A stretch of DNA of 64,000 bases, from assembly GCA_963668625.2 (NCBI GenBank), contig CAXXKA010000006.1, forward strand, positions 736,001 to 800,000, read 5' to 3'. Source of the stretch: an uncultured candidate division Zixibacteria bacterium. GTDB taxonomy: Bacteria; Zixibacteria; MSB-5A5; UBA10806; 4484-95. Shown here in pieces: positions 20,086 through 30,275 of this stretch. The notes under the pieces were generated by a model. That model ran no database searches and had not been told where the DNA came from. It saw only the letters and a program-made list of their open reading frames with translations. Made by a program: the position numbers and the translations under genes. Every line of letters starts with the position of its first letter. Position 1 is the stretch's first letter.

Positions 20086-21021
20086 GTGAGGTGCATAGTG
20101 GGAAAAACCTTAAGGATATTAACTGCGGTTCTAGTATATCAATTGCTATTTTCGGTTAACCTGGTATTAGCTGATAACTCCGCTATATGTCTCGAATGTC
20201 ATAATGATAAAGCTCAATCGATGGATGGCACGGCTCATCAAAGCTTCCTTAAAGCCCACCTGTCATCGCCGGTGAAAGTTGAGTGTATCGATTGTCATGA
20301 CGGCGGTGAGGTTCACAATGAGGACCCCTCTCCGGGGACGATTTCGCGGAGCGATAAAATGACGATGATCGAGGAAGCATCCCTATGTAGTCGATGTCAT
20401 AACACGCCTCATCAGGTGGCGATGGTATCCACCGATCCTCATAGCAAAACCGATCTAAACTGCTCATCCTGTCACACCATTCACGACAATCATACCGAGG
20501 GCCTGGTGAAGGAAGAGATGGAGGATTTCTGCCTCTCCTGCCACGGTTCTGTCATGATGGATTTCGAGCGGCGGTCGGCACATCCTCTTCACGCTATGGC
20601 CATCGAATGTACCGATTGTCATGATCTGAGCGCGACCGAGAAATCAGGGTCGGCCGATGGATTCGACTGGCTTTGCCAGGGGTGCCATGATGAAAAAGCC
20701 GGGCCGTTCATATACGAGCACGCCGTTGTCTACGACCATCCTGTTGACGGTGGAGGCTGTTTGGAATGCCACGAGCCGCACGGCTCGGCAAACGACCGAT
20801 TGCTGCGACAACCACGATCCGGTACCTGCCTGCAATGTCATGCCATACCACCCGGCCATCTAACCGACCATAGCGGGCTGGGCGTGAAATTAGATTGCAT
20901 GACCTGTCATACCGATATTCACGGCTCGTACGAGAGCAGGCTTCTGTTAGATCCCGATCTCGGTACGAAGCTATTCCCCGATTGCTTCCAGTCGGGCTGC
21001 CATACACTAAACGGTAATTAA
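20086..21021 (+). CDS. MtrA/DmsE-like periplasmic decaheme cytochrome c
   Basis: Signal peptide; ten CxxCH motifs plus an atypical C-terminal CFQSGCH; family motifs CHDEKAGPFIYEH, CHEPHGS and CHTDIHGS. The start may be a few codons downstream. Confidence 0.9.
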   Translation: MRCIVGKTLRILTAVLVYQLLFSVNLVLADNSAICLECHNDKAQSMDGTAHQSFLKAHLSSPVKVECIDCHDGGEVHNEDPSPGTISRSDKMTMIEEASLCSRCHNTPHQVAMVSTDPHSKTDLNCSSCHTIHDNHTEGLVKEEMEDFCLSCHGSVMMDFERRSAHPLHAMAIECTDCHDLSATEKSGSADGFDWLCQGCHDEKAGPFIYEHAVVYDHPVDGGGCLECHEPHGSANDRLLRQPRSGTCLQCHAIPPGHLTDHSGLGVKLDCMTCHTDIHGSYESRLLLDPDLGTKLFPDCFQSGCHTLNGN

Positions 21022-21027
21022 GGAGGA

Positions 21028-22587
21028 GTGATGATTAAAATGAAATACGTGATTTCGATTGCTGCTATTCTCCTTATAGCCACATCACCGGTGTCGGCCT
21101 CGAGCGGCGGGCTGGATGTTAAAGTCGGGTATAGCTATATCGATCATGACGGTAACGAATCGGTTGACCAGGCCTCGTATAATTACTACGAGGGAATCGG
21201 CGTTTCCATGGAGAACGCCAAAATGTCGTTCGACAACGGCATACTGGTCAGGTCGAATCTCAGAAATATAAACCTCGATAATCGTAATCTCTATTTCAAT
21301 ATCAGCAAGCCCGGATTGTTCGGCGCTAAAGTCAGATCGAACAAGTACAGACGCATATACGATTTCGATGGCAACATCGAAACCAAACGCGATTTGACCT
21401 CGGCCGATATCTGGTTTCACCCATTCAGGCAACTAAAACTTTTCGGAGGCGGTGATTTCAATTATGTGTCGGGCGAGACCGGGGAGTTATTCAGTTCCTC
21501 GTTCGGTAGCCTGGCCCGCCACGTCGATTACGAACGTCAAAAATATTCAATGGGCGGCTTGTATAAATATCAGGGGCGAATGATTCGCGGGGAATACGGA
21601 ACCTCTAAATTCAAAGATAAAATCGATGAGACGAAAGATCAAACTCGCGATCTGGTGCGAGTCATTGCCATGACGCCTGCGCCGGAGTTCGACTGGTTAA
21701 TACTTTCGGGAACGTATCAGCATTTTAAAACCGAGTATGACGATACCGGTTTCGAGTTGAAATCAGATACCTATAAAGGCAGCCTCTGGGCTGATATCTC
21801 AAATCAGTTCGCCGCTAACTATATCATCTATTTCAACCGCGCCGGCTCTGATAGCGATTTTGTCGAGAGTGATAATCTCTCGCATAGTATTTACCTGAAA
21901 TACAAACACTCCACCAGGCTTGGCGCTCTGGCAGGTTATCAAAATAGCATTAATGATGACTACGAGGACGCGGTTAAAACCAACGCTTATTTCCTTGAAT
22001 GTTGGGGGTCGCCAACCGATAAACTGAGCCTTAGAGCTAAATATGGTTTCCGCGCCGATGAGATCGATGAGGGGCAGCGTCTTTTAGGTGATGAGGACCG
22101 AAACCGCTTCAAAGTTTCCGCGAAATACCGCGCGGCAGAAAAAAGCTCTCTTAAACTCTCATTCGAAAGCCGTAAACGCAAAAACGAGCAGCTCGAAAGC
22201 GAAAACGATTACATGCGCTTCAATTTCGCCGGTACGCATAACCTGACCGATTTAGGCCTGGTATCCATCGGTTATTCGTTCTCCGATGGCAAATACACCA
22301 ACCGGACACAGATTTTCGAATACGACAGCCATCAACTACATGCCGGTTTAAATTCGCATCCTTACGAGAATTTCACACTCGGCGCGATGGCGATTTACTA
22401 TCGATATCGTAAAGATCTCGATACCGAGGGCTCCGATTTACGTTTCACCGGAGCTTATGATTTTATGGGCGGCAACAGGATTGAACTCGTTTATAACGTG
22501 TTCAATTTCGATGATTTCCTGTTCAGGGATCAATACTATACCGCTAACATTGTTGAGATAAATATAATCAAATCATTTAATTATTAA
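21028..22587 (+). CDS. Outer-membrane beta-barrel porin (MtrB-like position)
   Basis: Signal peptide, amphipathic Tyr/Phe-rich strands, aromatic C-terminus (IIKSFNY); lies directly after the decaheme gene. Confidence 0.8.
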   Translation: MMIKMKYVISIAAILLIATSPVSASSGGLDVKVGYSYIDHDGNESVDQASYNYYEGIGVSMENAKMSFDNGILVRSNLRNINLDNRNLYFNISKPGLFGAKVRSNKYRRIYDFDGNIETKRDLTSADIWFHPFRQLKLFGGGDFNYVSGETGELFSSSFGSLARHVDYERQKYSMGGLYKYQGRMIRGEYGTSKFKDKIDETKDQTRDLVRVIAMTPAPEFDWLILSGTYQHFKTEYDDTGFELKSDTYKGSLWADISNQFAANYIIYFNRAGSDSDFVESDNLSHSIYLKYKHSTRLGALAGYQNSINDDYEDAVKTNAYFLECWGSPTDKLSLRAKYGFRADEIDEGQRLLGDEDRNRFKVSAKYRAAEKSSLKLSFESRKRKNEQLESENDYMRFNFAGTHNLTDLGLVSIGYSFSDGKYTNRTQIFEYDSHQLHAGLNSHPYENFTLGAMAIYYRYRKDLDTEGSDLRFTGAYDFMGGNRIELVYNVFNFDDFLFRDQYYTANIVEINIIKSFNY

Positions 22588-22599
22588 AGGAGCGGTTTT

Positions 22600-23673
22600 A
22601 TGCTGAAAACTGCATTGAGTTTTGCAATCGCTCTTGCATTGCTGACACTCATGGTTTCAGGATGCGAGCGGAAGGTGGTTATCGAGGAGGGCGACATGGC
22701 CGGCTCCTCCAGTTGTTTCACTTGTCACGGAGATGATGGATTGCTTCTCGCCGCAAAAGGCGAATGGCAGAATTCGATCCATGCCTCCGGGACCAGTGTC
22801 GATTACACCAACAGGGGCGGTACCGATTGCACCAGGTGTCATGACCATCAAGGATTCTTGGACTATGTCGCCACCGGCGAGGTTCAAGCGCCGTACAGCT
22901 CGGTAAGCGCGATTCACTGTTTCACCTGTCACGCGCCGCATACCAACGGCGATTTATCGCTCAGGATAAATACGGCCTACGAACTCGAGAACGGCGAGAT
23001 ATTCGACCACGGCGAGGCTAATCTCTGCGCAACCTGCCATCACTCTCGTGTTGATGTCACCACTATTGAAGATAGCATCTCCGTTAGCAGGTACTGGGGG
23101 CCTCACCACGGGCCGCAGGGTGATCTTCTTCACGGTACAGGCGGATATGAGTATGATGGCTATTCCTATGAGTACTCCACTCACGCAACTGCAATAACGA
23201 ACGCCTGTATAGGATGTCACATGGGGCAAGCACAGGCTCATGATGGTTACAAGATCGGCGGTCATAGTTTCAATATGGCCGATGATGAATCCGGCAGCGA
23301 TCTTTCCGGATTGTGCGAAGCTTGTCACGATAATGCCGATGGATTCGATTTCGTCAACAGTGATGATATCGACTACGACCATAACGGCACGGTCGAGGGA
23401 TATCAGACAGAGGTTGCCGGCCTCGTAGATTCTCTCGCTGCGTTGTTGTTTGATGCCGGTATTATTGATGCCGGCAATTATCCCGTTTCCGGTATTATCG
23501 CCGATGCCGATATCGCCGGTGCGTTGTACAATTTCAAACTTGTCGAGGAAGATCGATCGCACGGTGTTCACAATTTCAAATACGTAGTGGGTCTCCTGGA
23601 AAGCTCCATAGAGTTTATGGCTACCGGCACGGTAACCTCTAATGGCATGCAACTGTTGGCTGCTCACGATTGA
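22600..23673 (+). CDS. Hexaheme c-type cytochrome lipoprotein (outer-membrane/extracellular candidate)
   Basis: Lipobox LMVSG-C; six CxxCH motifs; GPHHGPQ and DRSHGVHN..Y motifs. Confidence 0.88.
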   Translation: MLKTALSFAIALALLTLMVSGCERKVVIEEGDMAGSSSCFTCHGDDGLLLAAKGEWQNSIHASGTSVDYTNRGGTDCTRCHDHQGFLDYVATGEVQAPYSSVSAIHCFTCHAPHTNGDLSLRINTAYELENGEIFDHGEANLCATCHHSRVDVTTIEDSISVSRYWGPHHGPQGDLLHGTGGYEYDGYSYEYSTHATAITNACIGCHMGQAQAHDGYKIGGHSFNMADDESGSDLSGLCEACHDNADGFDFVNSDDIDYDHNGTVEGYQTEVAGLVDSLAALLFDAGIIDAGNYPVSGIIADADIAGALYNFKLVEEDRSHGVHNFKYVVGLLESSIEFMATGTVTSNGMQLLAAHD

Positions 23674-23714
23674 TGGTTCACGAAACAAGGGCATGATCGA
23701 AATTCATTTCGGTC

Positions 23715-25256
23715 ATGCCTGTTTTGCAGGTAAAAATAATAATGTCATTTGTTAGAAAACTCCCCGGTCTCGTAAATAACTGGATAAGCGGTATCGGCGC
23801 GGTTATTGCCTCGGTAGCTTTTATCATAATTGTAATTCTTCTGGGATTGGATTTTATTACCGGTTTTACCAATCAATATTTAGGCATACTTGCCTATATG
23901 GTAATTCCTCCGGTTTTAATCATCGGTTTACTATTGATGCCATTCGGTATGTACTTGAAATGGCGGGTAGCGAAAAAAACAGGCGAGATGCCGAACCAGA
24001 AATGGCCATATATCGATTTCAACGATGGTCGCCATCAACGAGCGGCTGTCGTTTTCATAATCGGTACGATACTATTCGTTGCCATGAGCGCCTATGGCAC
24101 CTACGAGGCCTTTCACTATAGCGAATCGGTGGCTTTTTGCGGTACGCTATGCCATACCGTGATGCAGCCGGAGTATGTCACTTACAAGCATTCTCCGCAT
24201 GCCCGGGTTAAATGTACCGAATGCCATGTCGGGGCGGGTGCAGGCTGGTATACCAAATCGAAACTGTCCGGGGCTTACCAGGTCTACGCGGTAACGGTGA
24301 ACAATTACCCGCGGCCGATTCCCACGCCGATAGAGAACCTGCGTCCGGCCCGTGAAACCTGCGAGCAATGTCATTGGCCGGAGAAATTTTTCGGCTCACA
24401 GCAATATCAGAACGATCATTATCTTTACGATGAGTACAATACCCACTGGCCGATTAATATGCTCATGAAAACCGGCGGGGGAGACCCCGATAAGCGAGAG
24501 ATATCCGGTATTCACTGGCATGTCAGTAGCGGCTACGAGGTGGAATATATAGCCCGGGATGAGGATCGCCAGGATATACCCTGGGTGCGCCTGACTAACC
24601 GTCAAACAGGCGAGAAGATCGTATTTCAAAACAGTGATGACCCCCTCGAGGATAAAGATATGGCCGGCTCCGAGATACGTCGCATGGATTGCATGGACTG
24701 TCACAATCGCCCCAGCCATATCTATAACTCACCCGACTTCGCTGTTGATCAGTATATACAGTTCGGCAAAATCTCAAGAGATTTACCCGAAATAAAGCGG
24801 GTAGCGGTTGAGGCGATGGCCGAGGAGTATATCACCAGCGAGGAGGCAATGGCCGCGATTAAAAGCGCGATTGTCGATTATTATGCCGAGGAGCACACCG
24901 AGATTTACGAATCTGATAAAGATAAGGTAGAGGCCGCCGCCGTGATGGTACAGGAGCTGTATTCATCGAACATTTTCCCGGAGATGAAAGCGCGCTGGTC
25001 TGACTATCCCAACAATATCGGGCATTTCTACACGGCGGGATGTATGCGTTGCCACGAGGGTAAGCATGAAAGCGAGCAGGGCGACGCGATCACTCACGAT
25101 TGCACGGCTTGCCACAAGATATTATCGCAAGGTTCTGGCGAGATGGCACAATTCACCACCGGCGCTGAGGGCCTGGAGTTCCGGCATCCGGTGGATATGG
25201 GCGAGGCCTGGCGCGAGATGGGCTGCTACGAATGCCACGGCGGGACGCAGCCGTAG
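23715..25256 (+). CDS. NapC/NirT-family membrane quinol dehydrogenase with extended multiheme domain
   Basis: Three N-terminal TM helices; ES..FCGTLCH..M.PE...Y..SPHARV.C.ECH motif; six CxxCH plus one CxxxCH. Confidence 0.92.
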   Translation: MPVLQVKIIMSFVRKLPGLVNNWISGIGAVIASVAFIIIVILLGLDFITGFTNQYLGILAYMVIPPVLIIGLLLMPFGMYLKWRVAKKTGEMPNQKWPYIDFNDGRHQRAAVVFIIGTILFVAMSAYGTYEAFHYSESVAFCGTLCHTVMQPEYVTYKHSPHARVKCTECHVGAGAGWYTKSKLSGAYQVYAVTVNNYPRPIPTPIENLRPARETCEQCHWPEKFFGSQQYQNDHYLYDEYNTHWPINMLMKTGGGDPDKREISGIHWHVSSGYEVEYIARDEDRQDIPWVRLTNRQTGEKIVFQNSDDPLEDKDMAGSEIRRMDCMDCHNRPSHIYNSPDFAVDQYIQFGKISRDLPEIKRVAVEAMAEEYITSEEAMAAIKSAIVDYYAEEHTEIYESDKDKVEAAAVMVQELYSSNIFPEMKARWSDYPNNIGHFYTAGCMRCHEGKHESEQGDAITHDCTACHKILSQGSGEMAQFTTGAEGLEFRHPVDMGEAWREMGCYECHGGTQP

Positions 25257-25565
25257 GGAATAGCTTAATTTTAGCGATATACGATGTGTAAATATAATCA
25301 TTAGGATGTCGTTTAGCTTTCCCTCCTGACACATTAGGCTTGATTTTAAAATCTCCAATTTATACCTGCTGTTGGAAGAGATAATTAATTTAATTGCTGC
25401 TCACTCACTCTTCGGTCGGCGGACAACCGTCCACGCCCACCTCTAAAGGCAACATGAGCACGTTTGGGATTGATAAGAACATCCATCACCCCCGGAAATG
25501 GCAAATAATGGCACAACTACATTTTATCTGATTATAACTTGCTGATATTTAGGGGAGATAAAAAA

Positions 25566-25649
25566 TGCCGAAGGTGGGATTCGAACCCACACGGCCTTGC
25601 GACCACTGCGCCCTGAACACAGCGTGTCTACCAGTTTCACCACTTCGGC
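25566..25649 (-). tRNA. tRNA-Leu(CAG)
   Basis: Reverse complement GCCGAAGTGGTGAAACTGGTAGACACGCTGTGTTCAGGGCGCAG..GGTTCGAATCCCACCTTCGGCA; long variable arm; CCA not encoded. Confidence 0.96.
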
Positions 25650-25809
25650 AAAATTGCCAGCCGCAATTATAATAGTTTGACTATCACAGGGCAAGCGATA
25701 TTTTTCATATCGGTATATAATTAATCGGGTTAGGCGAATTATCCCGTATAAGTCATTATCTTACAGATAATACTTGAACAGATCAGGCATCCGTCCTATA
25801 TTCGCTCTC

Positions 25810-26274
25810 ATGCCGGAGAAAGAGGAATTTAAAAATATCGCCACGAATCGAAAAGCCCGTTACGATTTCGAGATACTGGAGAAATTCGAGGCCGGGATCG
25901 AGTTGATCGGCAGCGAGGTGAAATCGGTCAGGGCATCGAAAATCTCGTTTAAAGACTCGTTTGCGATTGTCAAGCGGGGAGAGGTTATCCTTCAAAAACT
26001 GCATATAGCCCCCTACGAAAAAGCCTCCCATTTTAACCACGATCCGGAAAGGCCGAGAAGACTGCTTTTGCATCGCAAAGAAATTAGAAAGATACAGCAG
26101 AAAATCGAGGAGAAAGGCCTGACACTTGTACCTACCCGGATGTATTTCCGCGGCCCATACGCCAAGGTCGAGCTGGCTGTCGCGCGGGGCAAGCGCAAAA
26201 CCGATAAGCGTGAGACTATCGCCAAACGCGAAGCCGAACGCGATATGAGACGAGCAAAAAAATATCAGGGGTGA
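25810..26274 (+). CDS. smpB: SsrA-binding protein
   Basis: NRKARYDF, EAGIEL.GSEVKS.R, HDPER.R.LLLH.KEI, GLTLVP and DKRE motifs. Confidence 0.97.
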   Translation: MPEKEEFKNIATNRKARYDFEILEKFEAGIELIGSEVKSVRASKISFKDSFAIVKRGEVILQKLHIAPYEKASHFNHDPERPRRLLLHRKEIRKIQQKIEEKGLTLVPTRMYFRGPYAKVELAVARGKRKTDKRETIAKREAERDMRRAKKYQG

Positions 26275-26280
26275 ACAACC

Positions 26281-27774
26281 ATGAGTATTCGTAAGTATAA
26301 TTTCATTATGCGTATAATATTGACCGCCTTAATCTTATTTATATTCTCGAGTGGCGCTCATGCCGGTATCAAGGCAACCTGGAAATCGAATAATCAAACC
26401 GGCGAATTATCCTCGATCTCTTTAAATAACACCGAATACGTTTCGCTCAACGATTTGACCCGCTTTTTAGGCGTTACCCACGAGATCAACACTCGCAAAG
26501 GGATAGGCGTGATAAAGCTCGAAAACGGCGAGATTACGTATACGCATCTTTCCTCCTATGTCTCGGTCGGCGAGAAAAGCTATAACCTTCAAAACGATAT
26601 CGTGTTCCACAAAGGAAGCTATTATGCGCCTGTCAAAATCCTCATCGATGTTATCAGCAGGTTAAGCTCGAATGAGATAATATATTCAGAGGATGAAAAT
26701 TCTCTTCTGATATTGCCGGCAACTTATAATATTCTTGATCTGGTGGCCCAGCAGAAATTAAACGGCATGATGGTGGAGGTACTATTATCGGAGGAGCTGA
26801 AATACGATATCGTGCAAACCGATGATCACTGGCTGATAACTAATATCTACGAGGGGAAAGTGGATACGGCTATGTTTGCAGGTAAACGGCCGTTAAAGGC
26901 TATTTACGATACTAAAGCATACCAGTTCGAAAACTCAGCCCAGATATCGATCAGGCTTCGACCCAAGCCGTTTACCTTTGTCAGCAAGATAAAAGAGAAT
27001 CCTCTTCGCATACAAATAATGATAAAAGGCGATGATTTCGCGGACACGGTTTTGGCCTACGTACCGGGCGAACAGTCCAATAACGATATCGATTTGATAG
27101 TTATCGATCCCGGTCACGGGGGAGAGGATGATGGCGCGGTCGGGCCCTCCGGTATCAAGGAGAAAGATATCAATCTCAAGATCAGCAAACAGCTTAAAGA
27201 ATTGCTCGAGCAGGATGGATTCAACGTGCTCTTAACCCGGGATGATGACAGATTCATCCCCTTGAGCGACCGTACCCAGATAGCCAATGAGGCCGGCGCG
27301 GATGTTTTTATCAGTGTCCATTGTAACGCCTCGGCTGTGAATAAAAAAGCTCGTGGCTATATCTCGTTTTTCCTGTCGGATGCCAAGTCCGATCAAGCCC
27401 GGGCGGCGGCTGCGTTGGAGAACGCCGCAATCAGGTTCGAGACAAAGGACAATCAACGGGGTTATGTCTCGGATATCGATTTCATCCTACTCGATATGGT
27501 GCAAAACGAATACCTGAAGGAATCGGCCGATTTAGCGGCGATGATCGAACAGAATATCACCAAACACACTAAAATAGAGAGCCGCGGCGTTGACCAGGCG
27601 GGTTTTTTCGTGTTGAACAAAGCATTTATGCCCTCGGTACTGGTAGAGTCGGCTTTCATATCTAATAAACAGGATGAGAAACTTTTGAAAGACAGCAAAA
27701 CTCATAAAGAAATTGCCAAATCAATTGCCTCGGCTATCGTGCAGTTCAAGCAAAAATACGAGGCGATGGAATGA
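26281..27774 (+). CDS. N-acetylmuramoyl-L-alanine amidase (Amidase_3)
   Basis: Signal peptide; IVIDPGHGG.D.GA, EK, R..IAN, FISVH.NA and PSVLVE motifs. Confidence 0.93.
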   Translation: MSIRKYNFIMRIILTALILFIFSSGAHAGIKATWKSNNQTGELSSISLNNTEYVSLNDLTRFLGVTHEINTRKGIGVIKLENGEITYTHLSSYVSVGEKSYNLQNDIVFHKGSYYAPVKILIDVISRLSSNEIIYSEDENSLLILPATYNILDLVAQQKLNGMMVEVLLSEELKYDIVQTDDHWLITNIYEGKVDTAMFAGKRPLKAIYDTKAYQFENSAQISIRLRPKPFTFVSKIKENPLRIQIMIKGDDFADTVLAYVPGEQSNNDIDLIVIDPGHGGEDDGAVGPSGIKEKDINLKISKQLKELLEQDGFNVLLTRDDDRFIPLSDRTQIANEAGADVFISVHCNASAVNKKARGYISFFLSDAKSDQARAAAALENAAIRFETKDNQRGYVSDIDFILLDMVQNEYLKESADLAAMIEQNITKHTKIESRGVDQAGFFVLNKAFMPSVLVESAFISNKQDEKLLKDSKTHKEIAKSIASAIVQFKQKYEAME

Positions 27775-28592
27775 CCCCGGCGAAAATCGCGAACCGTCCC
27801 ATCGGTGTTTTCGATTCGGGTGTCGGCGGTTTGACAGTCGTCGCCGAGCTGTTCAAACAGCTTCCCCGCGAACGAATCATATATTTCGGCGATACCGGTC
27901 GTTTCCCTTATGGCATTCGTTCGGCCGAGGTTATCAGGCGATTTTCCCGACAGAACGTGAATTTCCTGTTAGAGCATGATGTCAAGCTCGTGGTGGTTGC
28001 CTGCAATACAGCCTCGGCGCACGCCCTCGGTTATATGCAGCAAATATACAACGTGCCAGTGGTAGGCGTAATAGAACCTGGAGCTAAAGCGGCGGCATCA
28101 TACACCAAAAACGGACGGATAGGAGTTATCGGCTCGGAGGGAACGATAGGTTCCTCCTCTTATACGAAAGCGCTTCAACGGATAAATCCTGAATTCAAGA
28201 TCACGAGTTTGGCTTGTCCGTTGTTCATATCGCTGGCCGAGAACGGTTATATCGATAAGGAGGCCTCGTACCTGATTGCCGAGGATTATCTCAAACCGAT
28301 CAAAAAGAACAAAGTCGATACCCTGGTTTTGGGTTGTACTCATTTCCCACCACTTAAGGGTGTTATCAGCAAGGTCATGGGACCTGGGATCACACTGGTT
28401 GACTCGGCCGAGGAAACCGCCCGCTCGGTAACGCAGATACTTTCTGATTTGAATTTAACCGGTACTTTAAAAGCTCCAAAAGCTCATAAATACTATGTCT
28501 CCGATACTCCGGAGAAACTGCAGAAAACAGGTATTTACTTTTTGGATAAACCGATTAAAAAAGTCGAGAAGATATTTATCGAATCTTATTAG
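27771..28592 (+). CDS. murI: Glutamate racemase
   Basis: FDSGVGGL, VACNTAS and LGCTHFP motifs. Confidence 0.97.
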   Translation: MTPAKIANRPIGVFDSGVGGLTVVAELFKQLPRERIIYFGDTGRFPYGIRSAEVIRRFSRQNVNFLLEHDVKLVVVACNTASAHALGYMQQIYNVPVVGVIEPGAKAAASYTKNGRIGVIGSEGTIGSSSYTKALQRINPEFKITSLACPLFISLAENGYIDKEASYLIAEDYLKPIKKNKVDTLVLGCTHFPPLKGVISKVMGPGITLVDSAEETARSVTQILSDLNLTGTLKAPKAHKYYVSDTPEKLQKTGIYFLDKPIKKVEKIFIESY

Positions 28593-28720
28593 GGGAAATT
28601 CTTGAAGAAGTTTGTCCAATATGTCACCACTACGTCGACATACTGCATAAAGCGCGGTGGCGGGAAAGGATTCCCACCACCTCAACAAAAGTTAATTCTC
28701 GATTTCTTTTAGGGGGAGAG

Positions 28721-29320
28721 ATGGCTACTCTTGTTATCGCGACCAACAACCGGGATAAACTTAAAGAGATTAAACATATACTCGAGGGAACCGGCATTAA
28801 AGTGCTCTCGGCCGGAGATTTCGATGATTTCCCCGATGTCGAGGAGACCGGTGAGACACTTATCGATAACGCCCGCTTGAAAGCCCGTGCGGTATGGGAA
28901 AAGTACGGCCTGGCCTGCGTTGCCGATGACACCGGGCTGGAGGTCGATTGTCTGGGAGGTGAACCAGGAGTATATTCCTCCCGTTACGCCGGCGAGGAGG
29001 CCACCTACGAGGACAATTGCCGAAAACTCATGAGCGTGATCGCTCTCGAGCCGGAGGACAATCGCTCGGCGCGATTTAGAACTGTTATGGTGTTCATCGA
29101 TGACCATGGCAATGAACATGTTGCCGAGGGAACGATCGAGGGAGAAATCATCTCGGAGAAGCGCGGTAATAATGGATTTGGTTACGATCCGGTGTTTCTC
29201 GTTCCGAATCGCGGCAAAACGCTGGCGGAATTGCCCTCGGAGGAGAAAAACAATATAAGCCATAGGCATAACGCATTAGTGAATATCCTGCCGATTATTA
29301 AACAAAAGCTTGCACATTAA
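28721..29320 (+). CDS. rdgB: XTP/dITP diphosphatase (RdgB/HAM1)
   Basis: ATNN..K, ADDTGL, GFGYDPVF and SHR motifs. Confidence 0.95.
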   Translation: MATLVIATNNRDKLKEIKHILEGTGIKVLSAGDFDDFPDVEETGETLIDNARLKARAVWEKYGLACVADDTGLEVDCLGGEPGVYSSRYAGEEATYEDNCRKLMSVIALEPEDNRSARFRTVMVFIDDHGNEHVAEGTIEGEIISEKRGNNGFGYDPVFLVPNRGKTLAELPSEEKNNISHRHNALVNILPIIKQKLAH

Positions 29321-29438
29321 CAACTCGTGTAGATTTTTCCTCAATAATTTCATCCTTTTTTCAGGTTTGGTATTTTCCTGACGATATTACTAATGTTACA
29401 ATTAATCCTCGTCATTTTACCACTATTAAGGGGGAGTT

Positions 29439-29843
29439 ATGCCTTTCATTGATTTAAATAGCGAACATCAGGTAGGCGTGAAAATGATTGATGATCAACA
29501 TGCCAAGTTGGTTGACATGATTAATTATCTGGAAAACGCCATTAATACAGGCGGAGATATCGAGGAGGTTAAAGTACTTTTAAACGCGATAATCGGTTTT
29601 GCCGAGTATCATTTTGATGAGGAAGAGAGATTTATGCTCAGGAACGATTATCCTGATTATAATAGTCATTCGGAGGTTCACGATAAATTGAAATGGCATC
29701 TGACAGAGGTAAAAGAAAGCCTCGAAAAGAGCGATGCCCGGCTGCCGGAGACACTGGCGGTATTTTTACGAGACTGGTTACTGAATCATATCACCGAGTT
29801 AGACAGCAAACTAAGCGTAATACAGTCGAGAGTTACGGCATAG
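29439..29843 (+). CDS. Bacteriohemerythrin
   Basis: IDDQH, HFDEEE, YP....H...H and WLLNHI...D motifs. Confidence 0.93.
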   Translation: MPFIDLNSEHQVGVKMIDDQHAKLVDMINYLENAINTGGDIEEVKVLLNAIIGFAEYHFDEEERFMLRNDYPDYNSHSEVHDKLKWHLTEVKESLEKSDARLPETLAVFLRDWLLNHITELDSKLSVIQSRVTA

Positions 29844-29852
29844 CAAACAACC

Positions 29853-29879
29853 GGGCCGGGATCAGCCTCCCGGCCTTTT
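29853..29879 (+). terminator. Rho-independent terminator
   Basis: GGCCGGGA/TCCCGGCC stem followed by TTTT. Confidence 0.8.
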
Positions 29880-29917
29880 AATTTCCCGATAATAATTCGA
29901 ATTGCCTGACTAATACA

Positions 29918-29947
29918 ATTGCGAGGGCCGGAGGGACGAAGCAATCT
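29918..29947. repeat. REP-like unit (ATTGCGAG...CGAAGCAATCT type)
   Basis: ATTGCGAGGGCCGGAGGGACGAAGCAATCT resembles widespread GTCATTGCGAG..CGAAGCAATC repeats. Confidence 0.55.
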
Positions 29948-30020
29948 GTACATTAGCGTAGGCCATGTTACACATCCCAAATATCCTTGGCTAACAAGGT
30001 CTTTTATATATATTTTATCT

Positions 30021-30275
30021 CACTAGTATCCGGTGTTTTTCAGTAAATTTTCAAATTCTCCTTGGAATTGTTAGTGAAAGATGTTTTCCGATATAATTAT
30101 TATATTCAGCGTATCATGCATCCTGATATGTCCTGCCTATGTTAGGCTAAGTTCCCTGGTTTCCAAGCGCTGCCTGGAAACCTTCTTGTGTCATGTAGAA
30201 TGAGCATTCTGTAGGCAAAAAAGCCACGTTGCGAAGCAGCGCTTCGCAACGAGATGGAAAGGCCGGACAGTGGTG
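30021..30275. mobile_element. MITE family A, complete short copy (255 bp) with 9-bp target duplication
   Basis: ATTTTATCT|CACTAGTATCCGG...CCGGACAGTGGTG|ATTTTATCT; internal hairpins GGTTTCCAAG..CTGGAAACC and CGTTGCGAAGC/GCTTCGCAACG. Confidence 0.88.

Noticed and set aside
22954-23694. 246-aa minus-strand ORF
   Set aside because: Antisense to the hexaheme lipoprotein gene.
25260-25560. Possible tmRNA or other ncRNA near smpB
   Set aside because: No GGGG(C/G)TG 5' end or tRNA-like 3' end, only a single REP-like hairpin near 25416-25441.
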